A stretch of 64,000 bases of DNA from Armatimonadota bacterium (GCA_037445735.1 JBBIJY010000001.1:1-64000), one strand, 5' to 3'; counted from the first letter of the stretch, positions 49,050 to 61,352 are shown. Made by a program: numbers and translations. The notes: generated from the sequence alone by a model not told the origin.

Positions 49050-50054
49050 TCAACGCCACCCATAGAAGAAGGTCATCCGCCAGAAAAGCGCGTCCTTCGG
49101 CTTCGCGCCACCACCCGACGGGTTCGCATAGGTCACCCACTCCACATTCGGCACAAGGTAGAGGTCTTTCTCCAGCTCGTAGATAACGCCGAAGTTATAG
49201 AAACGGGGTCGGGCGACAGGCGACAGCACGAAGTAGCTGATTTTATCCGCATCAGGCACAGGGTTGTTCAGCCAGTCGGCGCGGGCAAACAGGCGCGTGC
49301 GCTCGGCAACCTGGGTCTCCGCATAGACCGAGAAAACCGCCAAATCCTGCTGGTTCTGGCGAGCCTGATGCGCATACTGGAACCCCACCTTTGTGCGCTC
49401 GGTGCGGTACACCAGCAGCCCCTGCACGGTGCGCCAGTCGCTATCGGCAGGCTGGTCATACAGGTCGCCATAAAGCTCCAGCGTCCACTGCTCATTAAGC
49501 GACTGCTGGAGCGACAGGTAGACCGCCTTGCCGCGATTGGTCTCGGAGCGGGTATGGCTGCCGTTGCCCACCACAAAGTAGAGTTGCGTTTTACCAAACT
49601 GGGTTTTCAGTCCCACGCCGCTGTCGCGCGAGTTGCCCATGCGCCATAAGTCAAGAGGCGTCTTCTCGATGTAGCGGTAGCCCAGCAGCTGCTCCACGCC
49701 CTCCCATGTCGGCGTCGGGATCAGCCCCAGCAGATAGTGAACGCGCCCCACCGTATACTGCACATAGGCGTCCTTAACAAACGGCTTCAGCGAGTCGGCT
49801 GTTTTAAAGTCGCCCGGGCTGTTCATCTCAAAGCGGAAGCGAATGGCAGTTCGGTCGGTCGGCTTCTGGTCGTAGGTGAAATAGATTCGGCGAAACCAGA
49901 GTCCGCTCAGCCCCTCGATGGAGGGGTCGTGGTGTCGCGAAACGAGGTAGTAGTCGCCAAAAGCATAGCCAGAGAGCTTGCCGCTTCCCTGCTGCGCCCC
50001 ACCGCTCGCCATCAGCGAGGCAGCTACAATACCCATCAGCATGTGTCGTTTCAT
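49050..50054 (-). CDS. Putative outer-membrane porin/beta-barrel
   Basis: Signal peptide; alternating aromatic beta-strands; FRRIYFTYD and FVKDAY; aromatic C-terminus. Confidence 0.65.
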   Translation of the reverse strand: MKRHMLMGIVAASLMASGGAQQGSGKLSGYAFGDYYLVSRHHDPSIEGLSGLWFRRIYFTYDQKPTDRTAIRFRFEMNSPGDFKTADSLKPFVKDAYVQYTVGRVHYLLGLIPTPTWEGVEQLLGYRYIEKTPLDLWRMGNSRDSGVGLKTQFGKTQLYFVVGNGSHTRSETNRGKAVYLSLQQSLNEQWTLELYGDLYDQPADSDWRTVQGLLVYRTERTKVGFQYAHQARQNQQDLAVFSVYAETQVAERTRLFARADWLNNPVPDADKISYFVLSPVARPRFYNFGVIYELEKDLYLVPNVEWVTYANPSGGGAKPKDALFWRMTFFYGWR

Positions 50055-50155
50055 CCCTGTATTCCTCCTGTGCCGCGCGAGTTATACCGGTGCAGACACG
50101 GCTGTATTGAGCAACAAGCCTTTCATGGCAGCTCTGGAATACTCCACCGTACCAG

Positions 50156-51478
50156 TCACCCGTTGCGGAAGAAAAGTTCTGCCTCAAAGGGCACATTTTC
50201 GTAAATCCATTTATCGAGTCGCGTCAACTCCTGCTTTGTACCATAGATGCAGGGCCAGCCCCACAGCCATGCGACGACCTCGCAGGAGATGCCTCTTTCC
50301 AGTTCGCCTGTGCGCCACGCACGCCGCTCGCGTGCGCTCCACCGCTTCGAAAGCTCGAAGGGGTTTTGCAAACTGTAGGCGCGTTCGAAATCCCATGCGT
50401 CGGCATGCAGCGCATAGAATCCCAGCGCGTGGCGCTGGGGCGCCTCAAAGAGGCGCATAGTTTGCTGACTTTCGAACGCCATGCCCGAGGTGGGTTTGCC
50501 CAGTGGCTGGAGCTGGACCAGAAGAGGGTGATGGGTGTAGAAGCCATAGTTACGCCCGCCGATGTAGAGCGCCGTGCCCAGCGACAGCCAGATCCATGGA
50601 AGCCACACGCGATGGATGCGCCGCAGGCGAGCAGGCTGGAGGCGCTCGAACCCCAGACCGACCGACTCCAGACTTTCGCGCGTCAGCGCAATTGCACCGA
50701 TTCCCCCATAGCCCCAGACCTGACGCCCTTCATATCGGGCGCGCAACTGTCGCACGGTCGGCTCTTCCACAATCGGAAGCAGAGCAGGCAACCTCTCGAC
50801 ACTTCCGTCCCATTCAACCCGCACGCGCCCCGACAACCCCTCCACCGCGAACTCCAGAGAGCGAGGCCCCACCTTTGTTAGTGTCCATACCCGTAGGGCA
50901 ACCTTCTGCCAGTCCACAGACTTCCCCCGAAGGTCGCGATAGGATGCCAGCGACTCCCCTTCGCGTGGCAGGCACAGGAAGGTCTGTCCTACCTTTGCTT
51001 CAGGGGGCTTCACGGAGTTCGGCAAATAGATCGGGAGCGCGCCCCCCTGTGCGCGCGCAGGGCGGTTTTCGACAAGAACAGCGTTGGGCAAGGCGTCCAC
51101 AGATAGCGTGTACATCCCTGCCCGAAGCCCTGTATAGGGTACTCTAAAGCTCACACTCTTCGCCGAGCCAAATTGATGGGGTGCCGCTTCAATCGTTTCA
51201 GGCGTGCCCTCTGTGGGGCGAACCGCGATCTCGCGCGCCTGTCCACCGTAGGGGGTAATCGTCCAGCGCAGCCGTTTCGGGAAAAACAGAAATGGCTTCC
51301 TTGAAGGGATTGAGATGCGGAGCTGTATCTTTTCGAAAGCCTCGCCCTTGTCCAGCGAAAGCATGACCTGCGGTTCATTTGGACCATTCTGTCGCCAATT
51401 TGCCTTCAGACCAGGCATATAGTTCACCTCTCTCCCCTCGGAAGTGTACCTGATAGGAGGCCTTAGCAATTCCTGCAT
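50156..51478 (-). CDS. Hypothetical protein
   Basis: Long open frame with no recognisable motif. The start is uncertain and the ORF-track extension runs over the tRNA. Confidence 0.5.
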   Translation of the reverse strand: MQELLRPPIRYTSEGREVNYMPGLKANWRQNGPNEPQVMLSLDKGEAFEKIQLRISIPSRKPFLFFPKRLRWTITPYGGQAREIAVRPTEGTPETIEAAPHQFGSAKSVSFRVPYTGLRAGMYTLSVDALPNAVLVENRPARAQGGALPIYLPNSVKPPEAKVGQTFLCLPREGESLASYRDLRGKSVDWQKVALRVWTLTKVGPRSLEFAVEGLSGRVRVEWDGSVERLPALLPIVEEPTVRQLRARYEGRQVWGYGGIGAIALTRESLESVGLGFERLQPARLRRIHRVWLPWIWLSLGTALYIGGRNYGFYTHHPLLVQLQPLGKPTSGMAFESQQTMRLFEAPQRHALGFYALHADAWDFERAYSLQNPFELSKRWSARERRAWRTGELERGISCEVVAWLWGWPCIYGTKQELTRLDKWIYENVPFEAELFFRNG

Positions 51479-51660
51479 CGGCGGAGAACCCCCCTTTCGC
51501 AGCAGGAAGGGAGACCTATGCGGCGAGCAGGACGTTCGGGTATAATAGCAACGGGCGCAACTGCCATCGGGGCAGGAAAGGGATGAACAGGGTTTCAACG
51601 CGACAACGATGCGGTATAATATGGACCGCGGAAGCCCTGCTTCCGCAATCCAAAGGTTGT

Positions 51661-51736
<76 letters not shown>

Positions 51737-51884
51737 GATCACCGCACAAACAAACCCCAGACACCCTGCCCACACGGCAGGAAAATATTCCCCAACGGGG
51801 AACCCCTGTGGAATAAAGCAAGTATAGGGATTCTGCCCCCCACCGCAACAGGGGGACCCAACCAATCCAAACAGGGAGGTCAAC

Positions 51885-52373
51885 ATGTTCGAATTTGAAC
51901 CCGATCAGGTGTACCTGACCGAGAGCGGCTATCGCCAGCTGGAAGCGGAGCTGAAACGCCTCCAGACGGTCGAACGCGCCCGTATCGCTGACGAGTTCCG
52001 CGCCTACAAAGAACATGGCGAGTTCAGCTCCGAAGACACCGAGCTGGAAAGCCTCAAAAGCGAGCTTGCCTATGTCGAAGCCCGCATCATGGAGCTGCGC
52101 AATGTGCTGCAAAACGCGATTATCGTGCGTGAAGCCGACATCCCCACCGATCGCGTCGGCGTCGGCTCCATGGTCACCATCGAGGAGGTGGAAAGCGGCA
52201 CGCGCAAACAGTTCCGCATCGTGGGCGCGATGGAAGCCGACCCCGAAAACCACAAACTCTCCTATCAGGCGCCACTCGCCCGCGCCCTCATCGGGCATCA
52301 GGTCGGCGACGAAGTCGAAGTCACCATGCCTAAAGGCACCTTCCGCTACCGTATTCTCAGCATCGAAAAGTAG
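51885..52373 (+). CDS. greA: Transcription elongation factor GreA
   Basis: YLT..GY..L..EL..L...ER, HGE.S.E, V.VGS.V and S..APLARALIG...GD.V. Confidence 0.9.
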   Translation: MFEFEPDQVYLTESGYRQLEAELKRLQTVERARIADEFRAYKEHGEFSSEDTELESLKSELAYVEARIMELRNVLQNAIIVREADIPTDRVGVGSMVTIEEVESGTRKQFRIVGAMEADPENHKLSYQAPLARALIGHQVGDEVEVTMPKGTFRYRILSIEK

Positions 52374-52375
52374 CG

Positions 52376-53263
52376 ATGCGCTTTCTCACCTGTTGTCCCC
52401 AGCCCGATTCACCTCCGTGCCTTGCCGTGTGGCGTGAATCGGGCTGGTTTCGGCTGGAGGGCTGCCGCGATTTCGGCGACTGGCTGCGCCTCACGCCCGC
52501 CGAACGCGAGCAACGGCTCGCCACCGCCCAGCCCATCCAGCCCGCCCGCTACCTGCCGCCCATCCTCGTCCCGCCCAGCATCCGCGACTTCTACGCCTTC
52601 GAAACCCATGTGCGCAACACCCACCAGCGACGCGGGCAACCGATGCCGCCCGAATGGTATCAGATTCCCGCCTTCTACTTCTCCAACCCCGCCTGCCTCG
52701 TCGGACATGAGCAACCCGTGCGCAAGCCACCCGACACCGAACAGCTCGACTACGAGCTGGAGCTGGCTGTCATCATCGGGCGCGAAGGGGGCGACTGGAG
52801 CCTGCAGGAAGCCGAAGCCGCCATCGCCGGCTTCACCATCATGAACGACTGGAGCGCCCGCGACATCCAGCGACGCGAAACCCGCATCGGGCTCGGACCC
52901 GCCAAAGCCAAAGACTTCGCCACCTCGCTCGGACCCTGCGTCGTCACGCCCGACGAGCTGGAAGCGTGGCGCGAACCCGATCCACAACGCGGCAGCCGCT
53001 GGCACCTGACCATGCGCGCATGGGTCAACGGCGAGCTGTTCTCCGAAGGCAACGCCGCCAAGATGCACTGGACCTTCGCCGAACTGATTGCCCACGCCTC
53101 GCGCAACACCCGCCTGCAGATGGGCGATGTGATCGGCTCCGGCACCGTCGGCACAGGCTGCCTGCTCGAACGCCCCGAAGGCAGCCACCGCTGGCTCCTG
53201 CCAGGCGATACCGTCGAACTCGAAATCACGGGAATCGGCACTCTGCGCAACACCATCGTTTGA
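52376..53263 (+). CDS. Fumarylacetoacetate hydrolase family protein
   Basis: RDFYAFE.H, FYFSNP, LDYELE, NDWSARD.Q, KAKDF and GSGT.GTGC. Confidence 0.9.
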   Translation: MRFLTCCPQPDSPPCLAVWRESGWFRLEGCRDFGDWLRLTPAEREQRLATAQPIQPARYLPPILVPPSIRDFYAFETHVRNTHQRRGQPMPPEWYQIPAFYFSNPACLVGHEQPVRKPPDTEQLDYELELAVIIGREGGDWSLQEAEAAIAGFTIMNDWSARDIQRRETRIGLGPAKAKDFATSLGPCVVTPDELEAWREPDPQRGSRWHLTMRAWVNGELFSEGNAAKMHWTFAELIAHASRNTRLQMGDVIGSGTVGTGCLLERPEGSHRWLLPGDTVELEITGIGTLRNTIV

Positions 53264-53338
53264 GAAGCACGCCGCATGGCTAGAGCATCCCGCTCCAGAT
53301 CAATCACTCGCGTGGCTGGAGCGTCCCGTCCAGATCCA

Positions 53339-54022
53339 TCACTCCAGCAGGGAAGGTTGATGGGGGTCGGGCACAACGCGCGCACCGCCCGCCACCTGAT
53401 GCGCCAGGCGCGTCGGCTCCGGCAAACGATGCTGACGCACACACGCCATCACGGTCTGAACGGCGCCTGCCAGCGTGATGCGATGCCCAATCGACACAAA
53501 CAGCGGCGCCTGACCCTTCTGCGTGCGTAAGACCGCGCCAATCACCTCTTTTCCGTCCATCAGCGGTGTCCACGCGCCTGGCTCATCGGGCGGCGGCTCG
53601 AAGCGTCCCCACAGGCGCGACTTGGCGCAGCCAATCGCAGGCTTATCTAAATAGACACCGAGGTGCGTCGCGATGCCCATCCGTCGCGGGTGCGCAATCC
53701 CCTGCCCGTCCACCATCAGCAGGTCGGGCGCAAAACGCAGGCGGGCGATGGCTTCCAACAGCGCCGGCGCCTCCCGAAACGCCAGCAGCCCCGGAATGTA
53801 GGGAAACGACACAGGCAGCTCGGCGACCGCCTGATCAAGCGGGGTCATATCAGGGTAGCGGAGGGCGACCGCCGCAGCGCGCGCCTGCTCGCCACGAAAA
53901 CCCACATCCAGCCCCACCACAATCGCGCCAGGCGCGGGCGGCTCACCCTCGCAAAGAACCCGCGCCCGCAACTGCTGCTGAATCGCGATTGCCTCCTCAG
54001 GCGACACATCCCAGCGGTGCAT
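53339..54022 (-). CDS. nfi: Endonuclease V
   Basis: [37 protein letters not shown] and RLPEPTR.AH. Confidence 0.95.
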   Translation of the reverse strand: MHRWDVSPEEAIAIQQQLRARVLCEGEPPAPGAIVVGLDVGFRGEQARAAAVALRYPDMTPLDQAVAELPVSFPYIPGLLAFREAPALLEAIARLRFAPDLLMVDGQGIAHPRRMGIATHLGVYLDKPAIGCAKSRLWGRFEPPPDEPGAWTPLMDGKEVIGAVLRTQKGQAPLFVSIGHRITLAGAVQTVMACVRQHRLPEPTRLAHQVAGGARVVPDPHQPSLLE

Positions 54023-54030
54023 GGGAACCT

Positions 54031-54651
54031 CTATTCGCCTTCGGCAGGCGCACCTGCCTCTGTTGCAACCTCCTCTGCCACCTCCTCTTCGACAGCCACC
54101 TTCGGCGCTGCCACCGTCGCAACCGTCTCATCAGGATCAGCCAGCACCTGCACATTCGGCGGCAACGCCAGATCGCGCACATGAATCGAATCGCCAAACT
54201 CTTTGAGCACGCTCAGATCGACCGTGATGGCTTCGGGAATATCTTTCGGCAGGCAGCGCACGGTGAGCCTCTCGACAGGATGGATCAATGTGCCGCCCAT
54301 GCGCACCGCGTCCGATTCGCCCACGAACACAATCGGCACCTCGGTCTCGATGGGTTCATCCATCGGCATCGCCCAGAGGCTTACATGGCGGATGCGAGCA
54401 GTGATCGGCTCGCGGTCCACCGCGCGCAGCAATGTGGCAATACGCTTGCTATCCAGCTCCACCTCAATCAGGTGCGTCGTGCCCGCTTCATGCAGCACAT
54501 GGAGCAGCTCGCGCTCGTTGAACTGCACCGGTTGCGATTGCCCCTTGCTGTCATAGATGGCGCCGGGCACGATGCCGTTACGCAACAGCCGTCGGCTCTT
54601 CTTACCCATCAGCGTGCGCGGTTCCGCTTTCAGCTGCAGGGTTTTCGTCAT
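54031..54651 (-). CDS. rplY: 50S ribosomal protein L25/Ctc
   Basis: GKK.RRL.R.G.VP.AIY, P...I.HV, EVPI.FVGES and LP.DIPE.I.VD. Confidence 0.92.
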   Translation of the reverse strand: MTKTLQLKAEPRTLMGKKSRRLLRNGIVPGAIYDSKGQSQPVQFNERELLHVLHEAGTTHLIEVELDSKRIATLLRAVDREPITARIRHVSLWAMPMDEPIETEVPIVFVGESDAVRMGGTLIHPVERLTVRCLPKDIPEAITVDLSVLKEFGDSIHVRDLALPPNVQVLADPDETVATVAAPKVAVEEEVAEEVATEAGAPAEGE

Positions 54652-54674
54652 ACAGCTCACCTCCCGCTATTGTT

Positions 54675-56093
54675 TTACCCGATAAGGCGGGAGCGCTCAC
54701 GCCAGCGGGAGGGAAGAATGCGGTGCCGATTGCGGTACTTGCTGACCGTGCGACGGGCAATATGGATGCCCATCTCGGCAAGCTTGTCGGCAATCTCAGC
54801 GTCGGTCAGGCTACGACCGTCGCACTCATTCTCATCGATAATCTGATGGATGAGCATAGCAACGCGATAGGAGGCGTCAAAGAACACATCGAGGGGCACA
54901 AGCGAGCCGCTGGGCAGCTGAAGCCATTTATTGCGCACGGCACGCCCGACAGTGGAACGGTGCAGACCCGTCGCCGCTGCCAGCTCCGCGCGGGTCATCG
55001 GCTGCAAAAAGCGCGGGTCGCCCGTGAAAAGGAACGGAAACTGACGCTGCACCAGCACCTCCATGATGCGCTTGAGCGTCTGCTGACGCTGCTGGAGCGC
55101 CTGCAGAAAGATTCGAGCACGACTGACATACTGGAAGATATGCTCGCGCTCCTCACGCGAGAGAGCAAAAGATTTTTCGCCGCCACTGTCCGCCCGACGC
55201 GCCACCAGGTACTGATCGGCGTAGCTGCGGCTCAGGCGTATCGTCTCGGGCGACGGTCCGCGCAACTCCACACTCAGCCCCACTGGCTTCCTGTAGCGCA
55301 CAATAATATCGGGTTCTATCGGTGGCGACTCGGTGGACAGCGCCAGGTTCTCCCCGAACCCATCGCCAGGGTAGGGCGACAGCGTGTTGCGAATGAACCA
55401 CAGCACCCGCTGGATGGTGGCTTCATCGGTTTTCAGCTTGCGGGCAACCGCCGACAGGCGCGCACTGGTCAGCTCCTGCCAGGCATCTTTGACCACCCGA
55501 TAGGTGAGTTCCACCAGCTCCTGATCCACCTGCGGGTTGCCCCTCAACGCTCGGAGCTGGATCAGCATGCACTCACGCAGGTCGCGCGCGCCCACGCCCG
55601 GCGGGTCGCACCGCTGCAACTCGGCTAACACCCGCATCACCGCTTCAGGCGAGCAGTTCAACTGCAGCGCGACCTCCTCCACAGAAGCCTGAAGATAGCC
55701 ACGCGGGTTCAGCGACTCGACCAGATAATCAGCAATCGGGTGCAATTCAGATGGCAGGTTCAGCAGCAGCTGCTCGCGCACATGCTCCTTCAGCTCCAGC
55801 GGCGGCACCGCCAGCCAATCCTCGCTCACCTCCTCTTCTTCAAACCAGGTGTTCTCGCTATCCTCTTCAGAATCGCCAGTATCGGTGGAGACAATCACAG
55901 GCTGGAACATGGGGGTGAACGGCTGGGACTCGTCGGTGGGTTCCAGCGCGGGGTTCTCCTCCAGCTCCTGGGCGAGCAGCTGCTCCAGCTGCTGGGCGTT
56001 GAGTTCGAGCATACGCGCCAGTAGCTTCAGTCCGGGGCTGGCTTGCACCCCGACCTTGACCTGCGCTTTAGCCCCTGCCCTTATTTGAGCCAT
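54675..56093 (-). CDS. rpoN: RNA polymerase sigma-54 factor
   Basis: ELEENPALE, DPPGVGARDLRECM, H.STV.RAV..K and the RpoN box ARRTVSKYR. Confidence 0.95.
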   Translation of the reverse strand: MAQIRAGAKAQVKVGVQASPGLKLLARMLELNAQQLEQLLAQELEENPALEPTDESQPFTPMFQPVIVSTDTGDSEEDSENTWFEEEEVSEDWLAVPPLELKEHVREQLLLNLPSELHPIADYLVESLNPRGYLQASVEEVALQLNCSPEAVMRVLAELQRCDPPGVGARDLRECMLIQLRALRGNPQVDQELVELTYRVVKDAWQELTSARLSAVARKLKTDEATIQRVLWFIRNTLSPYPGDGFGENLALSTESPPIEPDIIVRYRKPVGLSVELRGPSPETIRLSRSYADQYLVARRADSGGEKSFALSREEREHIFQYVSRARIFLQALQQRQQTLKRIMEVLVQRQFPFLFTGDPRFLQPMTRAELAAATGLHRSTVGRAVRNKWLQLPSGSLVPLDVFFDASYRVAMLIHQIIDENECDGRSLTDAEIADKLAEMGIHIARRTVSKYRNRHRILPSRWRERSRLIG

Positions 56094-56147
56094 CGTTACC
56101 CTCCAGTAGCTTATCTATGAAGCCCTGCCTCAGCACGCCATAGTTTG

Positions 56148-57521
56148 TTATTCGACGCCCGTGCCGACATTCCTGCTTTCTGATGGATTGGCGGCGCACA
56201 CGCGGTTGCGCCCGCCAGCTTTGGCACGATAAAGCGCCTGATCAGCTGCCTCGATCAGCTCCTGCGGGCCTGCCATCCACGGCTGATAGCTGGCAACGCC
56301 AAAGCTGGCACTGATCGGCTCCTGCTCCCAATCGGCTTCAGCCAGCGCCTGACGCAGACGCTCCGCCGCACAGATAGCACTGGTCAGGTCGGTACAGGGC
56401 AGTATGACAGCGAACTCCTCACCACCATAACGCGCCACCAGGTCACTCTGACGCACCGTCTGAATCAATACCTGGGCAACCCGCTTCAGTACCTCATCGC
56501 CAGCCAGATGACCATAGGTGTCGTTGAACCGCTTGAAATGATCAACATCCAGCAGGATGAGCGAGAGCGACTGGCAGTAACGCTGCGCTTCGGCGAACCG
56601 CTGACGCAGAAACTCCTGAAAAGCACGATGGTTGGGAATCCCCGTTAACCCATCGGTAAGCGCCATGCTTTGCAGGTGCCACTCATATTCCACACGGTCA
56701 GACACATCCACCACCGCCACAATACCACCCACCACTTCACCGCCTAAGTTGCGTAAAGGGAACGCACTGCGCATGATATAGAGAACCTGACCCGACGCTG
56801 TCCGCGCAGCCACAGGCTCTCTGTCACGAATCATCTCGCCTGCTAACACGCTCTCAACAAGGGAGTGCATATCGGCACCGGTCTCTTGATGGAACACGGT
56901 CTCGAACATCGATCGGAACAGCACCTGTTGCTTGGGATAGCCGAACAGCTGTGCCGCCGCCTGATTCCACTCGTGGAGATTACCTTCCGTGTCGAAGGTG
57001 AAACAGGCGATGGGCAGGTTCTCGAACAGTTCGGCGAATCGGCGGTTGGCATGCGCCAGAAGGCGTTGCGACTGCTCCAGCTGCTCTGCCTGAGCTTGCA
57101 ACTCTTGATTGAGCGCCTGCAAGTGGCGGCTCTGCGCCTGCAAATGCTGCTCCATGTGCAGGATGCGCCGCGCCACACATAACCGCGCCCGCAACTCATC
57201 CATATCGATGGGCTTGCCAATAAAATCATCGGCACCCGCCTGCAGCGCGTGCAGCTTGCCATGCTCCCTGTTGCTGGCAGTGAGCAAAATAATATAGACA
57301 TAACTCTCTTGATGAAAATTGCGCAACCGCCGACATAGCTCGATGCCGTCCATGCCAGGCATCATCCAGTCGGTCAGCACCAGCGGCACAGGCTCACGCT
57401 CAAACAGCTGCCACGCCTGCTCGCCATCGAAAGCGACCAGTGGCTCATACCCTTCACAGCGTAGCTGACGCTCCAGCATCCGTGCCACCACACGGTCATC
57501 GTCCACTATCAGCACTCGCAT
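56148..57521 (-). CDS. Diguanylate cyclase (REC-PAS-GGDEF)
   Basis: DD...DWMMPGMDG receiver, PAS domain, DGLTG, D.DHFK.FND.YGH..GD and RYGGEEF. Confidence 0.93.
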   Translation of the reverse strand: MRVLIVDDDRVVARMLERQLRCEGYEPLVAFDGEQAWQLFEREPVPLVLTDWMMPGMDGIELCRRLRNFHQESYVYIILLTASNREHGKLHALQAGADDFIGKPIDMDELRARLCVARRILHMEQHLQAQSRHLQALNQELQAQAEQLEQSQRLLAHANRRFAELFENLPIACFTFDTEGNLHEWNQAAAQLFGYPKQQVLFRSMFETVFHQETGADMHSLVESVLAGEMIRDREPVAARTASGQVLYIMRSAFPLRNLGGEVVGGIVAVVDVSDRVEYEWHLQSMALTDGLTGIPNHRAFQEFLRQRFAEAQRYCQSLSLILLDVDHFKRFNDTYGHLAGDEVLKRVAQVLIQTVRQSDLVARYGGEEFAVILPCTDLTSAICAAERLRQALAEADWEQEPISASFGVASYQPWMAGPQELIEAADQALYRAKAGGRNRVCAANPSESRNVGTGVE

Positions 57522-57672
57522 GGCTTTCTCTGCTCCACAGAGTTATTCCAGATGCACCCCCGAATCTCTCACAACAATCGGGGTGTCGCTGCCCCGCAAA
57601 AGGATGTCGTTCCCGCGTTAGCATTTTCAGGTGCGGACATGCCATCCTCTGCCATCGAGGAGGAAGGTAGCG

Positions 57673-58506
57673 ATGCGCTGGATAATTGTGACGGGTTTGA
57701 TGAGTCTGATGGCGTTGCTGTGCGCCCAACAGAGCTATCAGGCACAGCCGACGGACGATGTATGGTACTACGATAACGCTTTCAATCCGGGCTTCACGGC
57801 GATTTTGCGCTGCTGGGGCGATGGCACCCACGCCGTCGATCCCACAGGGGCGCGACCCGCGCTGAACTTCTCCTACTCACTGGCGAAATGGAGTTTGTCG
57901 CCCTTCCAGTCCGGGGTACGCTATCAGCTGTTAGAAGCCCGAATCGTCGTGACCCAGACCCAGCCGCCCGGCTACACGCGCGAAGAGGGTGAACAATATC
58001 CGCTAGAGGCGCGCGATCTGAGCCACACGAACTGGAGCGAAGCCACATGGGACTATAATGCGCCCGACAACCCCTATCCCGGCACCCAGATTTTCGGCAC
58101 TGGCTCCATGCTCAACTACCGCACCGACGCGCCCTTCACCATCCCCATCGATCTGCTCACCTCAGGTGGCGCGTTTGAGAACTACTTCAATCAGGCGGTT
58201 AGCACCACGCGCGAGTTAGGAATCGCCTTCGTATCCACGATGAACCCGGTGATGCAGGGCGGCACGCGCTTCTATCGCTTCTATTCGCGCAACGATGCGG
58301 GCGGACGCGGTCCAGTCCTTCAGCTGGTCTATCGCGTGGCGGGCGATGTGGACGGCAACGGCTGCACCGACGATGCCGACCTGCTCAGCGTGCTGTTCGC
58401 CTTCGGGCAGTCGGGGAGCAACCTGCCGCAGGATTTGAACAGCGACGGTATCGTGGACGACGCCGACCTGCTGAATGTGCTGTTCAACTTCGGCAATGGA
58501 TGTTAG
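57673..58506 (+). CDS. Secreted protein with dockerin-like C-terminus
   Basis: Signal peptide; [15 protein letters not shown] / [21 protein letters not shown]. Confidence 0.8.
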   Translation: MRWIIVTGLMSLMALLCAQQSYQAQPTDDVWYYDNAFNPGFTAILRCWGDGTHAVDPTGARPALNFSYSLAKWSLSPFQSGVRYQLLEARIVVTQTQPPGYTREEGEQYPLEARDLSHTNWSEATWDYNAPDNPYPGTQIFGTGSMLNYRTDAPFTIPIDLLTSGGAFENYFNQAVSTTRELGIAFVSTMNPVMQGGTRFYRFYSRNDAGGRGPVLQLVYRVAGDVDGNGCTDDADLLSVLFAFGQSGSNLPQDLNSDGIVDDADLLNVLFNFGNGC

Positions 58507-58507
58507 C

Positions 58508-58592
58508 CCTCACCCCCGCCCCTCTCCCACGCTGTGGGAGAGGGGAGTTTCTGGATGGTGCTGGAGTGCTGAAGCGCAGCTTCAGCACTCCA
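58508..58592. repeat. Composite of palindromic repeat families A (58508-58545) and B (58562-58592)
   Basis: CCCTCACCCCCGCCCCTCTCCCACGCTGTGGGAGAGGGG followed by TGGAGTGCTGAAGC-N3-GCTTCAGCACTCCA. Confidence 0.8.
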
Positions 58593-58607
58593 CAGAGAGA
58601 GGTTCCT

Positions 58608-59342
58608 ATGGCACGCAGGGGCTTTACACTGATTGAGCTGCTCGTCGTGATGGCAATCATCGCCATTCTGGCGTCGGTGCTGTTTCCCGTGCTGGCGCAG
58701 GCGCGCGCCAGAGCCCGCCAGAGTCAGTGCATGAGCAACCTGCGCCAGATCGCCCTCGCCGCCCAGCTCTACCTGCAGGATTATGATGAGCAGTTCTTCC
58801 CTGCCTACTACATCGGGCAGGGCGGTCAGACCCAGCCGAATAACTACGGCTACTTCTTCTGGCCGTGGCTGCTGCGCCCCTACACCCAGGCGTTCAACCT
58901 CTTCTGGTGTCCCGATGAACCACCCAGCAACTGCCGCGAGCTGAGCCATCCCTACTTCGGCTATGTGTTCGGGCGCTTCCCTGCATGGGGCTATCATCAG
59001 GTGCTGTTCTCGCCTGGTATCGATGCCTACAATCCGACCGAGTATCCCTTCCAGCCCATCGCGCTTGGCAAAGTGGCGCGTCCAGCCGAGATTGTGCTTT
59101 TTGTGGAGAGCATCACACTGGCAAGCAGCGGGCAGGGCAGCACCTGCACAGGCTATCAGCAGCTGGGCTATGCGATGGTCTATCCCCCCCAATACTGGCA
59201 GGGTGAGCCGCCCCTGCGCCCGATGAGCTACGGGCACTGCTGGCACCGCCATTTCCAGCGGTTCGCCACCACCGCCTTCACCGATGGACACATCAAGCCG
59301 ATGACGCTCGGCGAGCTGCGTAAAACCGCCTACTGGGAATAG
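58608..59342 (+). CDS. Prepilin-type/H-X9-DG-like protein, copy 5
   Basis: [35 protein letters not shown]. Confidence 0.9.
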   Translation: MARRGFTLIELLVVMAIIAILASVLFPVLAQARARARQSQCMSNLRQIALAAQLYLQDYDEQFFPAYYIGQGGQTQPNNYGYFFWPWLLRPYTQAFNLFWCPDEPPSNCRELSHPYFGYVFGRFPAWGYHQVLFSPGIDAYNPTEYPFQPIALGKVARPAEIVLFVESITLASSGQGSTCTGYQQLGYAMVYPPQYWQGEPPLRPMSYGHCWHRHFQRFATTAFTDGHIKPMTLGELRKTAYWE

Positions 59343-59348
59343 CCTGGC

Positions 59349-61352
59349 TCAGCTCAGCAGCGGCGCGAACACCAGCGCAACGATGCTCATCAACTTGATG
59401 AGGATATTCATGCTGGGACCAGTGGTGTCCTTGAAGGGGTCGCCGACCGTATCGCCGACGACAGCGGCTTTGTGCGCTTCGCTTCCCCTGCCCCCCTCGT
59501 GCCCCTCCTCAATCCACTTCTTGGCGTTGTCCCATGCGCCGCCCGCGTTCGCCATCATCAGCCCGATGACCACACCCATCACGAGCGCCCCTGCCAGAAA
59601 GCCGCCCAGCGCCTCCGCACCGAGCAGGAAGCCCACCATCAGCGGCGCCACGACGGCAATCGCGCCCGGCAGCACCATCTCGCGCAGAGCAGCCATCGTC
59701 ACAATATCAACACAGCGGTTATAGTCGGGCTTGCCGCGCCCCTCCAGCAGACCCAGCTCATGGAACTGACGACGCACCTCCGCCACCATCTGGTCGGAGG
59801 CGCGGGCAACCGCCCTCAGCGTGAGCGCAGCGAACAGATTCGGTAGCGCGACGCCTATCAGCAATCCTGTCAGCGTCTGGGGATTGGTCAGGCTGATAAC
59901 TTTCAGACCCGTCTGGCTCTGGTAGGCGGCGAACAGCGCGAGGGCGGTGAGCGCGGCGCTGCCAATCGCGAAGCCCTTGCCAATCGCTGCCGTCGTATTG
60001 CCCAGCGCGTCGAGTCGGTCGGTGATCTGGCGCACCGACTCGCCAAAGCCCGCCACCTGTGCGATGCCGCCCGCATTATCGGCGATGGGTCCATAACTGT
60101 CCGCGCTCATCACGATGCCAATCGTTGCCAGCATGCCGACGCCTGCCAGCGCGATCCCGTACAGCCCGCTGCTAATATAGGCAAACCAGATAGCGCCCGC
60201 AATCCCCAGCAGAGGCAGCACGGTGCTGAAATAGCCCACCGCCACGCCCGACAGAATGTTGGTCGCTGTGCCATAGCGCGAGGAGCGCGCAATCTGGCGG
60301 ATGGGCGCACCACTGGTGTAATACTGGCTCACTGCACCGATAAAGATGCCCGCGAGCAGACCTGCCAGCACCGCCCAGTACGGCTTCAGCGAGCCGAGCA
60401 GCGCCTGCACGAGCCATGCCGCGCCTGCCGCAAACAGCGCCATCGTCAGCAGGGTCGCGCCGTTCAGCGCCCACTGCGGCTCCATCCCACGAAAAAGGCG
60501 AATAGCCAGCACGCCGATCACCGACGCCAGCAGTCCGCAGGCAATCAGCGCAAGCGGCAACAGCAGATACGCCAGGGGTCTGTCTTCGGCAGCACCCACC
60601 GCCACGCCAACGACCGCCGCCGCCACCACCGAGCCAACATAGCTTTCGAACAGATCCGCGCCCATGCCAGCGGTATCGCCCACATTATCGCCCACATTGT
60701 CCGCCAGCACAGCGGGGTTGCGCGGATCGTCTTCGGGGATGCCCGCCTCCACCTTGCCCACCAGGTCCGCGCCCACATCGGCGGCTTTGGTGTAGATGCC
60801 ACCGCCCACACGCGCAAACAGCGCGACCGACGACGCGCCCATCGAATAGCCCGTCAGGTACTGCACCAGCATCGGCATCGCCAGCGACTGACCCAGCAGG
60901 ATCAGCAGCCCGATTCCAAACAGCCCCAGCGCGGCGACCGATAGCCCCATCACCGAGCCGCCCGTGAAAGCGACAACCAGTGCACTCCCGATCCCGCCAA
61001 GCCGCGCCGCCTCCGCCGAGCGCACCCCACTGCGCGTGGACGCCTTCATGCCAGTATAGCCCGCCAGCATCGAGCTGACCGCCCCAAACAGATAAGCAGC
61101 ACCCATCAACGGCGCACGCGAATGAAACGCCACCGTCAATACCACAGTGAGCGCGAGCGCGAAAAGAGCGATGGCTCTATACTCGCGCCGCAGGAAGGTC
61201 ATCGCACCGTTGTGAATCGCCTGCGCATAGCGGCGCATCGCCTCCGTGCCATCGGGATAACGCATCACGGTGTGGTAGTTCAGCCATGCCAGCAGCAGCC
61301 CTGCGCCACCCAGCGCCACCGCCACAGAGGGAACCGTTGCGAGCCATTCCAT
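59349..61352 (-). CDS. hppA: Membrane-bound ion-translocating pyrophosphatase (K+-dependent type)
   Basis: [37 protein letters not shown] (Ala at the K+-dependence position); [11 protein letters not shown]. Confidence 0.95.
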   Translation of the reverse strand: MEWLATVPSVAVALGGAGLLLAWLNYHTVMRYPDGTEAMRRYAQAIHNGAMTFLRREYRAIALFALALTVVLTVAFHSRAPLMGAAYLFGAVSSMLAGYTGMKASTRSGVRSAEAARLGGIGSALVVAFTGGSVMGLSVAALGLFGIGLLILLGQSLAMPMLVQYLTGYSMGASSVALFARVGGGIYTKAADVGADLVGKVEAGIPEDDPRNPAVLADNVGDNVGDTAGMGADLFESYVGSVVAAAVVGVAVGAAEDRPLAYLLLPLALIACGLLASVIGVLAIRLFRGMEPQWALNGATLLTMALFAAGAAWLVQALLGSLKPYWAVLAGLLAGIFIGAVSQYYTSGAPIRQIARSSRYGTATNILSGVAVGYFSTVLPLLGIAGAIWFAYISSGLYGIALAGVGMLATIGIVMSADSYGPIADNAGGIAQVAGFGESVRQITDRLDALGNTTAAIGKGFAIGSAALTALALFAAYQSQTGLKVISLTNPQTLTGLLIGVALPNLFAALTLRAVARASDQMVAEVRRQFHELGLLEGRGKPDYNRCVDIVTMAALREMVLPGAIAVVAPLMVGFLLGAEALGGFLAGALVMGVVIGLMMANAGGAWDNAKKWIEEGHEGGRGSEAHKAAVVGDTVGDPFKDTTGPSMNILIKLMSIVALVFAPLLS